DNA from: Squalus acanthias
Lineage: Eukaryota
DNA length: 64,000 bases
Direction of reading: 5' to 3'
NCBI GenBank assembly: GCA_030390025.1
Contig: CM059438.1
Coordinates: 66,218,001-66,282,000 of the forward strand
In this document: piece by piece, positions 1-12,214 of the stretch
Layout: every line of letters starts with the position of its first letter
Position numbering within the stretch: position 1 is the stretch's first letter
Made by a program: the position numbers and the translations under genes
The notes under the pieces: generated by a model
Seen by the model: only the letters and a program-made list of their open reading frames with translations
Told to the model about the DNA's origin: nothing
Database searches by the model: none

Positions 1-447
1 CGCTGGCACAGCTCCCTCTCGGCTCTGTTCCAGAAGCAGCACGTTCCAGGAAGACACTCGACGACCAGACCACCATCGCAATCAACTTACCTGGCTGGAT
101 TTCGCACTGTTAAAACCCCTGTTTGGTGAGCATTATCCCTGATCTCCTGAAACCGAAACCTAGCTAGATAGTGGGATTTTTGGGAGGGATAAGGGTTTTT
201 GTATATTGTCATTCTCCCGCGCCTGTACCGTGTGTTCCCCAACCTGTTTAAGTGTTAAGTGTGTTTTAAGTTTGTTACCTTTTTCTTTTAATAAAAGTCA
301 AAATTCTTTCATCGGAACCTGTTGTCTACTGCATCTTTATTCACAACCCCTAAATAAGTCCAAGGTCTGAACCTGGGGAATGGGAGCGATTCGAACCGCT
401 CACTGAGTCAGGGGTAAGGCTGACCCCTACCACCACTGCCCCCTACA
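1..447 (+). mobile_element. 3' part of an LTR (solo or 3' LTR, cut by window start)
   Basis: AATAAA at ~290, U5-like tail ending ...CCCCTACA at 447; no PBS follows. Confidence 0.55.
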
Positions 448-1659
448 ATATCGGACTTTCTTGCTCTGTACGGCTCACCTGCTTGTTGCCTTAATCAGCT
501 GGGGAAGACCTGCCGCTCTGTACTCTAGTCAAAGAAGAAGGGAAAAAAGCCCATGAAGCCTAGGTTTGTTTCTGTAATACAGGCAGGATCGCATTGCTTC
601 ATCAACATGTTTGACGATGACAAGCTGCTGATGAATCTTTCCAAAGCAGTTAATGGCAGCAATTGGGTAAGTGGCAAGCATCCATTCTGAGACTTATATT
701 AATCCTACACCAGAATGTTAATAAATTACGGCTCAGAACTAAACAGTCGAAGACTCGGGACTGTTGCATGTGATTAATGAAAAGTTGCTCGCAGTGCAGA
801 GTTTTTATTTAAACCCCGCATGCAGATGTGCGATGTATCAGAGTAGCTTCCTCGCTGAAGATCTCTTAATTTCGGCAAACAAGGACATGCAATCACAAAA
901 GGTGAATTACACCAGACTGGGCTCCGGTACAGATGCAGCCAGTAAAAGGCCAGCCAATTACTTCACACTAAATTAATCAGTGGCTTTGCTGGCAACAGCT
1001 GTCTATGTTTTCTGCATCAACGTCGTAAACATTTTCAATGATGAAAAGTGTGTTCAATATTTTATGAAAAGGCACAGTAAAAATGAGTGAATTTACTGTC
1101 AGAATTTAGGGTTATTTTGCCCTCAGTTTTGCCATGTAATTTTGATGGCGTGATAAAATTTTCAAGTTTTCAGAGATTAAATTTTATATGGATCACTTGT
1201 GCTTTATGAAAAATATTGTTGGTCTCATAAACTGCATCAGTTCTTTGTCGACGCTATAAACAATTCATTTTTCCAATTATATTCCGGTTTATGCCAACAT
1301 TTATTCTTCTTAAACTAAATTCACCAAATGCAGGTAGTTAAGTTTTACTATGTTGGGTTTTGTTATGTGGGGGGTCATGATACACTGGCATTAAAGCCAG
1401 GGTTTATGCCTTTGTGAAACTGGTGCAGGAACACTTCACAGCACCATGTGACGTCACTCAATCTGTGTAGCCAAGGGTGGCAAGAAGTGACAGTTAAACA
1501 CACAAGAAATGTCACCATTGATCCATTGATACAATCAGAGAAACAGATTGAAAGCAGGATCATGCATTTTTGTAGCCCCATTCATGTCCTCAGGAGGTCC
1601 CAAGAAACTTCAGTCGATTCATTTCTTTTCAAGTGCGGTTGTTTTATAGGCAAACGTGG

Positions 1660-2005
1660 CCGCCAATTTGCCCAGAGCAAGATCCCACAACAACAATGAG
1701 ATGAATGACCTGTTAAACTGCTTTTTTGGGATGTTAATTGAGGGAAGAACGTTGGCCAAGGCATCAGGAAAACTTCATGCTCTTCTTCAGATAGTGCCAT
1801 TGGATCTTTTACGTCCACCCGAGAGGGCAAAAAGCGTCACAGTTTAACGTCTCATCTGAGAGAGAGCATCTCCAACAATGCAATACTTACTCTTTACAGT
1901 AACAAGGTGTCAGCCTAGATTTATGCATTCAACTCCTGCAGTGGGTCCTAAACTCACAGCCTGCTGATTCAGAGGGAAGAGTGCTACCACTGAATCAAGC
2001 TGACA
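1660..2005 (-). mobile_element. tRNA-derived Deu-domain SINE (SacSINE1-like)
   Basis: Matches the other in-window copies (GCCAATTTG..CAGCAAGATCCCACAA, GATCTTTTACGTCCACC.GAGAG; tRNA-like head at right end). Confidence 0.8.
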
Positions 2006-4800
2006 AATTGAGTGTATTTTAACAGTTTATGAAGAGATATAAATGCTTCAAATTTGATGGGTAGGGTTGTGGAGGAAAATCATTGAGGGTGTTCAAAATG
2101 CAGTTATAATGGAAGTATTGGAAGCAAGCTTTTCAATGGACTGAAAGACCTTTTTACATTGTTGACTTTTATCATCTACTTATGAAGGAGAAGCTGAATG
2201 CCACACCTCACAACATTATAAATAAGCCTTTGGTGGCTATTGCGAAGAAGAGAAACATGTCAGAGGAAACACCCTTAATATATTTGACATCACATGTTGA
2301 TTTTCTGTAGTATTCCTAATAAAGTTAATATTTGAACACTATTTCCTAAGTGGATAAGTTAATTCCGATCTGTATGTATTCTACCCACACACTGCTTGCA
2401 CCTGTATGTACTCGCCACAGCCTGGTCATACCTAGTTGAGATAAGTTCCATACTTGCATGTTCTCTTCACGCTCTGCCCACACTCTCCACCAGCAAGCCC
2501 AATACTTTGCCTGTACCTCACCCATATCGCACCAGTTCGTATTTGTGTGCACCTTTCCCAATTGTCCATGCTCTCCAGTCATATCCCACCTATACTTCCT
2601 CTCCCCGCCAGCATGCAGTCGACATACATCTCACAAGAGTTCAAGTTGCACACATTATACAGAGCAAAAATAATTTGTCTGGAAATTAGACTGGCTCGTT
2701 TCCTGAAGGCTAAAGTCAAGTGATTTAGCTTAGTGTAAGTAAATGCATGGACTTGACCGGCGCCTTCAGAGCCTTTTGCAAGTGGGTTCCATTTTCTGGG
2801 AAAATATAAGCCGGTGAGATCTTCTGAATTAGTTCTTGTGCCTGGCAGTTGAGTTACTTCCCCGCATGAGCTGCATTTCATTCCGGGGTTTTGTTTGATG
2901 ACTTTGCTTGTATTGCCATGATAAATGGGGCTCTGTGCATCTCTGGTGAAGTAATTTTCAGGAGCGGGTGAGTGTCAGGCTGCTGTGATGTCAACAAATA
3001 AAGCAATATAAATCTTCTGCGGCTTTGGAATCTTTTTTAAAACCATTCTGCAAATGATTGCAATCTAGCCACCGATCTTTCCAGGACATGACTGATTCTG
3101 ATTACCATGTGGCTGCCTCTTCTCCACTACTTACTCTGCTTTCTCGTCAACTCAAACAGGTGCTGTGTCCATTTTTGATGTGTTTTGTGAACAAGTGCAG
3201 CTTTTATTCCATATATTATCTGACTTTTCATGTCTTGAAACCCGGCAGCTACCATTTTCTTCAGTAACCCAGTCTTGCTGCTCCATTTGTCTTAATTAAA
3301 TGCATATGTTCAAATTGCCATATATGACACTGAAGGTATAGACCAAGGGGGAACAATTCAGTTGGTTAGCGCCTCCCGTTAGCGCCTGCAGAGGGCAATA
3401 ACGGGGCGCTGATGCAGTAGCACTAGGGCGAGGCGAATCCAGCGGCGCACGGCAAATCCGGACCCCCAGTTGCGCTGCCGTTACAAGGTACCGCCGGGGA
3501 CTTCAATGCCAGGCAGATCGTGACGTCAGTGAGCATGCAACGCTCACTGGGCGCCCAGTCTGCAAAATTCATTGTTGCCACTTACCATTGCACCTCGACC
3601 AGACAACAACAGGGAGAGCAGGCGCACAGCTGTCGGAAGCCGGCTCCAGGGACGTTATTTAAAGGCATCGGCATTAATCACTCGCAGCTGTCAGGGCAGG
3701 TTAGTTTCAGTGGTTTCTTGTCAGTTTCAGCTAGTGGATCACTTTGTATGAGTAATTTCAACATTCTTTTTTATCAACAGTGTTCTGGCAAGTGCAAAGT
3801 GCCTACATTTATTGTTCAAAGATTCAAACTGCTACACTTGGCAACATTAATGGGGACTGTACTGGCGTCACCTCGCCCTCCAGGATCGATGGTGGAGGGA
3901 GCATAGGCAGCCAGGAGTACGGGAACATCTGCGCAGAAGGATGAGGAGGGACATCAGGGCTCTCACCAGGAGGCCTTACCCTCCGAGGGTATTCCAACAG
4001 CACCTCTCCTACCTTCAATTAAACGAGGGTCAGTGTTTTAGATGGCTCCACATCACCATCACAGAACTCTGCCACCTCAACCAAACAGACCTCCAACCTC
4101 ACACCAGGATGACTTAAACCCCAGATCCCTTTTGCTCCCCACAGGCCCATCATACCATCCCTGTGTCATGCCATATCACAGCGTCCTCCTGGGCACAAAG
4201 GTGAAATGAGAAAGACCACAAAATATTGCAAACTCCATTAATACATTTATGCATAAACATATCACACATATCACATTCATTCTAATAACTAATGACCCTT
4301 GTGCCTGCCATAGTTGAATTGCTGTCATTGTGTACAAGGCGTGAGATGTGGGTGTGAGTGTTGGTAGGTAGAAATTGTTGGTGGGTAAGTGCTGGGGGTG
4401 TGGTGCTTTGGGCAGTGTGTGAACTTTGTGGTACAGATGGTGGTATGTAGCATTTGTTGAAGCATTCAATCACCCTGACTACCTCACTGAGGTGGATCTG
4501 CCATGAGCACACCTGCTTCAGTCCTCCGGCTACATCTCCTTGTTGTGCTTCTCCTTGCTAAGGCAGCTGCACAGCCAGCAATGCTGAGAATGAGGGGCTG
4601 CAGTATCAATGAACCTCCCCTTTAAGTAATGGGAAAAGCCTGTGGTAATGATGAGTTGAGATTAGACTGCACCAGATATTGGTCCACCCTTTGAGTGTAA
4701 CGCCAATGAACTATGGGGGAAAAATTCAGTATCGCCCCGTTTGGGGCGCCATTATCGGCCGTGCGCAAAGTTTAGCGCCTGCCGCTAATTATCGCCTCCG

Positions 4801-6044
4801 ACTGCAACCCCTCAGCGATCTTGAGGCGCGCGTCCACAGGATTGTGGCAAGCCAGGTGATCGGTCCCATCGCCCCTGGAGAGGCCGACCCCGTTCTGGAC
4901 AGCAATGGTAAGGTCATCACCTTTTTCTCCTCTCTCCTTCCACTTGTCCCTCACAACACCAGCCTTTGACACTTTCGAACCAACTTACTAAATCGCTGCA
5001 CTCCTTCCTCCCTTACTGCCCCCCCTGTCCTCACGCTAAAGCCATCCTTGTACCTCCCTGCTTTCAGATGGTGATTCACCAGCTGAGGAGACGAGCCCTC
5101 AAGCTGCCAGTGGGAGTGGAGCTGCAGGTAAGGAGGAAGATGAAGCCGGAGCATCAGTGCCACCCTCTCCCAAGGAAGCCCATGCCCACAATGGGAACAC
5201 GCCTTCCCTGGAGGGGAGCAGGGGGGAAGGGTCTGATGAGGGTGAAGCTCCGGGACCCAGCGGGCTGCAGCAACGCGATGGGGGTAGGGAAGCTCGGGGG
5301 CCTTCTCCCCGGAGGGAGAGTATGCCAGCGAGTCCTGCTGCACTGGACGCAGAGGAGGAGCGGCTCATCGCTGAAATGAACACCCAGGCGGTGGACATGC
5401 ACACTGAGCTCATGGGTGCAGTGGGAAGGGTGACCGAATGCATTGAATCACTGGCAAGGAGTGTGGAACACTTCTCTGTAGCACAGGCAGATGCCACGCT
5501 AAAGCTTAGTGCTGCAATTCAGTCACTGGCTGCCATGACCCCATCTCAGACTGCTCTCATGCGGACTCAGATTGAGGTCACGCAAGCACTGACTGCTGCC
5601 ATTCTCGCTGGTTCGGACACATTTCCCCGGGGCTTTCACCACGCCGCAGCAGGCCAGCAATCTGTGCTCCAGCAGATTACTCCGAATGCTGAAGTGCTGC
5701 CCCATGGGAGTGCCAGTGTGTCGGTCGAGCAGGGAGTTCCTGTCCTCTCTCACGATGACAGCATTCCTGCTGCCACCACTGTCACTTCTCCACTGCACTT
5801 GCCACCGCCTGTAGGCCAGACTGCTGCCACCCATGCAGAGTTGGTGCAGTCTGCAGCCGGGCCCTCCAGGCCCAGAGCTGGTCGAGGCCATCCTTCAAGG
5901 GCATCTGCAGTCTCAGGTTCTGACAATCAGCAGCCTTCCACCAGCCTTGCTGCAGCCACTGGGGCCCCATTACGGAGGAGCAGTAGGGTGGGAAGGGGGG
6001 AAGTGCGCAAGGGAAGGAGATCACCCTCGAAGGACAAAAAGTAG
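4801..6044 (+). pseudogene. Harbinger accessory (Myb/SANT-type) gene of element B, 5' end deleted; exons ~4801-4907 and 5068-6044
   Basis: GT-AG intron (AATG|gtaagg ... ctttcag|ATGG); open last exon with acidic region, helical middle and basic C-terminus (PLRRSSRVGRGEVRKGRRSP), same layout as the partner at 28393-29310; no Myb exon present. Confidence 0.75.
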
Positions 6045-6355
6045 GAGGTGTGACAAAATGTTTGTCAATTTTTTATTAAAGGCCGAGGTTCGTGGTCAAA
6101 CTTTTGTTTAGTGTTTTGGACATTATCTCCAGGTTGTGAGAACCAGTTATGTTAATGACTGTTTTTTTGTGTTTCTTTCTATTAGTTTGTCATGAAGTAA
6201 TGACACACACAGAGTTTGTAAAATAAATAAGTTTTTGTATTCAAAATGTACATGTTTGGTCTTTGGAATCATTGTTGCCTTGGCCGGCTTAGGGGTTGCG
6301 GGTTGGTTTCATTCATGTTGATCTCAATGGCAGAAGCCATTTCCTCAGTAGGGGC

Positions 6356-7504
6356 CTAGAAGCGGCTTGCTATCAGCCATTGATGGACAGCCCTTCCAGT
6401 TTCAAGATTCTGGGCCTCCCTCCCACCTTGGTGCTGCTGTTGATCATCCTCCTCCTCTTCCTCCTCCTCCTCCGGTGGTGCTCCAAGGCCTGGTGGCATT
6501 GGCTGGGTCCTGAGGATTGCCAGGTTATGCAGCATGCAGCACACAACTACGAAGAGGGAGACTCGCTCAGGCGACTACTGCAGGGCTCCTCCTGAGTGGT
6601 TCAGACAGCGGAACCATTGCTTGAGCACGCCGATTGTGTGCTCAACGATGTTCCTGGTGGCGATATGGCTCTCGTTGTACCGCAGCTCAGCAGGGGTGTT
6701 GGGGGAACGGAGCAGTGTCATCAGCCAGGTGCACAGTGGATAACCCTTGTCCCCGAGAAGCCAACCACTTGAGTGATGCGGTGCCTGGAAAAGTTCTGGC
6801 ACAGCAGTCTGGCGCAGGATGAATGCATCATGGCTGCTGCCAGGATAACGGGCATTGACAGCGAGTATCAGCTGTCTGTGGTCACAGACCAACTGCATGT
6901 TTAGAGAGTGCAATCCCTTTCGGTTGCGGAAATCCTCTGCATTCTCATGCGGTGCCCGCAATGCCACATGCGTGCAGTCAATGGCACCCTGCACCATGGG
7001 GAAGCCCGCTATCCTCGCAAAGCCCAATGCGCATTCATGCTGTTTGGCCCGGGTCATCGGGAAAGAGATGTACTGTCGTCTCCTTTTATAGAGGGCATTT
7101 GTGACCTGACGGATGCAGCAATGGACCACAAACTGGGAGATATTGGCGATGTCCCCAGTAGCTGCTTGAAATGAGCCGGTGGCATAAAAGTTCAGAGCCA
7201 CTATGATCTTTACTGCCACCAACAGAGATGTCCTGGACCTCAGTAGAGGCTGCAGATCTGGCTGCAGCAGGTGGCAGAGCTCAATGACCACCTCCTTGCT
7301 GAAGCGCAGCCTTCGCAAACACTGCTCCTCAGACAAATTAATGCAGGAGAATTGTTGGCGAAATACCCTGGGAGGGTAAGGTCTCCTGTACAGAGGCCTG
7401 TTGGCCCTCCTCCGTCTGGCCATGATTGCCACTCTCTCTCTGCGTCTCTGTGGCCTCAGATTCTGCCGGCGCAGGACAATCTCCCCAATCAGTGCAGCCT
7501 CCAT
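6356..7504 (-). pseudogene. Harbinger (HARBI1-like, DDE_Tnp_4) transposase with one premature stop
   Basis: GAIDCTH, LLGDKGY and RNIVEHTIGVLK DDE motifs; YATGSFQ HTH region; TAG at 6575-6577, then the same frame continues to CCMLHN...IASRF*; likely start MEAALIG at ~7504. Confidence 0.93.
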
Positions 7505-8166
7505 AGTCTCTTGGCAATCAAAGTAATGATGGTCAAAAACAAAAGTACCTGCAAAGTGATGCTCATTGGCCAAAACTACTTCACACAGCGTTGACTCTAT
7601 GCAGAAGTCTCTCCTTCTCTCTCTCAGAATCTCTCTCTCTGTCAGAACGAGTGGTGCAAAAATGTCTACCACAGAAAAAGCCAGGAAGAGGCCGTCTTTA
7701 AATAGCGCCCCCCCCAGCCCCACAGCGACTTTGAAACGTTCCAGTCTACCTGTCATTGCTTGCGCCAGGCGGAAAGGAGGAGGGCGCCACTCAATATCCG
7801 GTCCGGGGCGCCACAAGGGCGTTGCACGCTCGAATGATGTCAAGATCTGAGTGCGCAGGAGATCGGGGCGGTATTGTTTAGCGCCGCCACAAAATGTCTG
7901 GTCAATTTCGCGAGCGGCGCAGATATCGCCGTGCCCGGGCGCTAGTTGCTTTGCGCCCCATTAGCGCCCTCTTAAGGCGGTAACGGGAGGCGCAAACCAA
8001 CTGAATTTTCCCCCTCGGCCTTTAAGACTTGATTTAACGCCCCAATCATTTCTTTGAGCAGTGAGAATGAATTTTGCGTGCAGTCTAAAGCATTAGCGCT
8101 TGGTGCTAATTCTCCAACTTTTCTAATGATACCGCCCATTCCTGGGCTATAATGAATTTCTAGCCC

Positions 8167-8890
8167 CTAGAGTTTCCGCTAGTTTGCGCTGGTTTTATCA
8201 GCGCAATCTGCCTGAAATCAGCCGCACAAGCGTAAAATATCGCAGAATTTTAAATGCAAGTGAAGTCGAATGTAAATCGAGTTTTCGTGATCTTTTACAC
8301 TGGTTTTAAAGAATATCGTGCTGGATGCCTGCCCTGGTCACAAAACTGGCTACGCCCCCATATTGAAATAACGAAGAGGACGAGATTCCGCCAATTGCGC
8401 CCGTTTGAGGAGCCTTTTCAAATTGTGCTCTTTTTTGGCATACTGGCACTAGTAGGCACCCATAGTCATGTGATTCCAGCCTTCCTGCAGTGACCAGCAA
8501 TCATTTCAGCAAGGCCTACAGATAACAGTTTATTTAAATTGAGCCATATAAATCATAGATATAATTTAATATTGTCATATTATTGCTAGGAGTTTCTGCC
8601 TTGTTTATTTTTTTGATTTATAATCGAAAGTTTAAAATGGCGCTCTTCCTTGCCTTCCCTCTCGTCTTTATAATGCTGGAGGTGGAGGAGGAGGAGGAGA
8701 AGAAAAAGAAGAGAACTGCGGAGGCTCAAAGCCCGTAGACTCAAAGCTCATCGAGTGCGGTTGCACAGGTGAAAAGTTCCCCCCCATCCGAAGTTACTTC
8801 ATTTGTATTTACAGGCCTCGTTTGAGCTATGAGGTGATGTCGGAGGAGCTGGTTGTGCACCGTCTATGCCTCAGCAAGCCGGCAATCGTA
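8167..8890 (+). mobile_element. Truncated Harbinger element X (different family)
   Basis: TIR-like CTAGAGTTTCCGCT; remnant ..IYRPRLSYEVMSEELVVHRLCLSKPAIV at ~8805-8890 resembles a Harbinger transposase N-terminus. Confidence 0.65.
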
Positions 8891-8978
8891 CAGCTTTTTT
8901 TAAACGCTTTCTCGACCTGCCTTGCCACCTTCAATGATTTGTGCTCTACCTGCACTTTCAGAATAAATTGATCATGTT

Positions 8979-9110
8979 CTATGTTCCCGCTAAGATGCGT
9001 GGGGTTGTGCACGGATCTGAAAACTCCCGCGCACTTAAATTCTCAGGCCGCGCACTGGACAGCTGGAGCGGGGGGTGGGAGGGTTCCAATACTGAACTAG
9101 CGGGAAAAGG
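8979..9110. mobile_element. Degenerate hAT-type MITE
   Basis: CTATGTTCCCGCTAAG ... CTAGCGGGAAAAGG; internal similarity to the MITE at 50754. Confidence 0.45.
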
Positions 9111-9119
9111 TTATAGTGC

Positions 9120-9590
9120 TGAGAGAATGGCCCGGGAACCTCACAGAGCCAATCCGAATTGGAATGGCGTTTGGTAAGAGCCCTGGAACCCGGCGAGTGT
9201 TGTCTGGGATGGCCGTTGACTAATGGCGGCCATAGGACCCACAATCCTCTGTGCCCCAGCAACCGCTCTATCTACCCCGCTGATTTCCCCGCTGAGAGTG
9301 CGCCTGCTCCCCAGGGCCGCGGTGCTTTCAAAAGAGAGAAATAGTCGGACTCAGTTGAACCGGGAGGTGCTGGGGCTGCGATTAAGTGGTGCTGGGCCGG
9401 CGGCTCCGATTCGGGGCCTGAGACGCACACTCGCTGACTTGTTGCTGAGGCCTGCGCTCACCCCCGTTCAGTTTCCAGGGCCTGCTCCTCGCATGCTCCG
9501 CGCGGCAAAGCAGTCTGCGGCCATACTTTGGACCAGCCCACTGCTGGAGCCTGACCGATAACAACATAAGTCACCAGTTCTTTGGGTATG
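9120..9590. promoter_or_regulatory. CpG-rich candidate promoter-like segment
   Basis: GC/CpG-rich against an AT-rich background; CCAAT at ~9149; ATGGCGGC YY1-like core; not assignable to any repeat I recognise. Confidence 0.3.
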
Positions 9591-10829
9591 CAAGTTGTGT
9601 GCTGAATTATTTTGATGAATGCTGTTTTTTAGGCCTTTCAAAGTGATGTTGAAGATTGTATTCAGGTTCCGAATAAGGGTCTCAATCTCACACTCGTGTT
9701 ACAGCATTGCCTTTTCACCTCTGGGAGTTGGGTTCGAATCCATTGTGGAGAGAGGAAAGGAATGTCCCTGGTCTTCTGTTTCGAAAGGCCAGGGCAGTAT
9801 TACTGAATCATATAACTTTACATGAGTTATGGAAACATTCTGAAGGCTGAAATTTCAGAAAAGTAAACAGTTTACACAATGAAGGGTTACAGCGAGCTTA
9901 GAAGTAATGATAGAGATTCGGGATATTGGACTCTCATGCGGTGAAACAATGGAAGAGATTTAAATTTGACTCTGTGTAGTTTCCAAAGAACATAAGTCCT
10001 CAGACAGAAGACCACTCCGTGAAGTGAAGGCAGGAAAGTGAATAATTATATTTTTTATTCTTATATTTGGAATATATTAATTTTTAGGTTATTTTTTTTT
10101 AATATATGGTCCCGATCACTAGACAGTGAGTGACTTGGTGAACCTCTTCAGGCAAAACTTTTTTTAATGTTTCAATTCATGCAGCGTAATGCAGACAAAG
10201 GTGAGCTGTGGGTGTGTAACCCAAGAAGATGGTCTTGAACTGGAAATGTTAATGTGAATGAGTGTCTGATTAAAGCTGAAAACAATACCAAGGCGGAAGG
10301 GAAAGGAAGCACCTTTTAATCTTAAATTAGGCCGCAGTTCTACAAGCGCTTTTGCTCCTATGGAAAGTGGTTCTAGGTGCACTTCAATGTACAAGTGTTG
10401 GTATAACCCAGGGGATAATTGAGGGTACTAAATGCGTGAGGCATGAGTCCCATACGGGTTTATGTTTGGACTGAGTGCGTGTTAACTCCAGCTTTAGTTT
10501 CTCACCTCCTTCCAGCAAATGTTGGACACAAAGGTATTGCTAATGTCTGGTGTAATAATAAGAAAACTTAACAGAACAAGTCATTTGGTTCATCAGGTGT
10601 TTTCCTCCCACCAACAATATCCAGTCTATTTGTTTTTAGGATGGCTTGTGGTTCAGATGGATTAATAAGGAACAGCCAGCATAGATTTGTTAAAGACAAA
10701 TCCTGTCTGATTGAGGTAGCATGGGATGTGTGAGACTTTGCCCAGAATGTATACTGAACTGAAGTTCCTTTTCTCCAAACCTCTAGACATGGACATAATG
10801 GCCATCTTTGGATTAACGGCTAATCAATT

Positions 10830-12214
10830 TAACCCTCCTCCCTTTCCCTGCCCCTACTCTTGCTTAAAAATCTGTTACATCTCTAACTTTTTCCAGTTCT
10901 GACAAAGGGTCATCGACCTGAAACGTTAACTCTGTTTCTCTCTCTACAGATGCTGCCTGACCTGCTGAGTGTTTCCAGCATTGTCTGTTTTTATTTCAGA
11001 TTTCCAGCATCTGCAGTATTTTGCTTTTGTATTAGTGTTTAATTCACTGCCACTTCTCTTCTAGGAAGGCCCACCTTGAAGAAGTTCTGCTCTTCTCTCC
11101 AATGGGATTTCCGTTTGTCTCTTTTACCTTGTTCATCTTCATTGCTTTCTGTTTCCCTTCTCGTGTTTGACCAGGTATCTACCACAACTCTCTTTCCTCA
11201 GCAACTTTCTCTGACTCCGACTTATTCCATGTTGATTCCAATTGAAATTCCAACCTTCATGTTTTGGATCCACCCAGGATTACAGATATCTCCAGCGTTC
11301 TTCAAACCACTGCTCTCGCCACATCCTGAGATCCACGCTCAATGCCATCACATGCACGCTCTCGACCTCTCTCTTCAGCAGCACCGACTCACTCTATCTC
11401 AAAGCTGTCCTGGTCCGCAGTTCCATTTCATCGTTCGCCTCATCTGGCACTTTAACAACAAACATTTTTTCTTCCTTTCAGGTGTCAAGGATCGTAAGCT
11501 TCAACAACTCTGGAACCTTCTTCCCCTTCACTTGCCTCTGACCCCATCCCTTCTTCCAATCTCACCCCCTGCCATGTTTTCACTATCTCCTCTGACCTTC
11601 CCCTCTCTGACCCCGAACGATCAGTCCTTCGCAAAGGACTGGGCTTCATCCCCTTACGCCCCCACCTCAATGAATTTCAAGCTCGGCACAACGCTGAGCT
11701 CTTTTTCCATTGCCTTCAACTCCGTGCCCACTTCTTTGGCCAGGAGTCTGCCCCCCACACAACTGACCCTTTCTCTCATTTTCAGAATTCTCGTTCTACC
11801 TGGACCCCTCTCTCTGGCCTCTTACCCTCTCTAGATCTTTTCATTGCGAACTGCCGGTGTGACATCAGCCGTCTCAATTTCTCTGCTCCCCTCACGCACT
11901 CCAACCTACCTCCCTCTGAACTTACAGCACTCCATTCTCTCAGATCCAACCCCAACATTGTCCTTAAACCTGCTGACAAGGGTGGTGCTGTTGTTGTTTG
12001 GCAAAACGACCTCTACCTAGTGGAGGCTGAACGCCAACTCTCTGACACCTCTTCCTACTTCCCCATGGACCATGACCCCACTACCGAAAATCAAGCCATC
12101 ATTTCCAAGACTGTCACTGATCTCATCTCCTCTGGAGATCTTCCCTCCACTGCCGCCAACCTCATAGTTCCCCAACCCCACACAGCCTGCTTCTACCTCC
12201 ATCCCAAGATCCAC
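10830..12214 (+). mobile_element. Penelope-like retroelement 5' portion (pseudo-LTR plus RT N-terminus, frameshifted)
   Basis: pLTR with degenerate hammerhead at ~10895-10931; peptide ..NIVLKPADKGGAVVVW..EAERQLSDTSSY..FYLHPKIH; truncated at a CR1. Confidence 0.88.

Larger units (their letters stand above)
4715..8014 (-). mobile_element. PIF/Harbinger element B (young, two convergent genes)
   Basis: TIR GGGGGAAAAATTCAGT ... ACTGAATTTTCCCCC; transposase on -, partner gene on +; no clean TSD (TAT/TCG). Confidence 0.92.
3347..8166 (+). mobile_element. PIF/Harbinger element A (internally deleted; hosts nested element B)
   Basis: Ends GGGGGAACAATTCAG / TGAATTTCTAGCCC; subterminal blocks resemble both ends of element B; transposase N-terminal remnant RRPYPPRVFQQHLSYLQLNEGQC at ~3850-4110 (+); flanks CAA/CTA. 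Confidence 0.7.

Noticed and set aside
380..402. B-box-like hairpin GAGCGATTCGAACCGCTC as a tRNA
   Set aside because: No cloverleaf; lies within the LTR-like segment
6356..7504. Domesticated host gene HARBI1
   Set aside because: Enclosed by TIRs with a partner gene and has related decayed copies, so it is a transposon
7505..7843. N-terminal extension of the 422-aa ORF
   Set aside because: Upstream promoter/UTR sequence with a CT repeat; starts at a non-ATG codon; the frame is not preserved in the MITE copy
11076..11834. 252-aa ORF as a novel gene
   Set aside because: Chimeric frames of a frameshifted Penelope ORF
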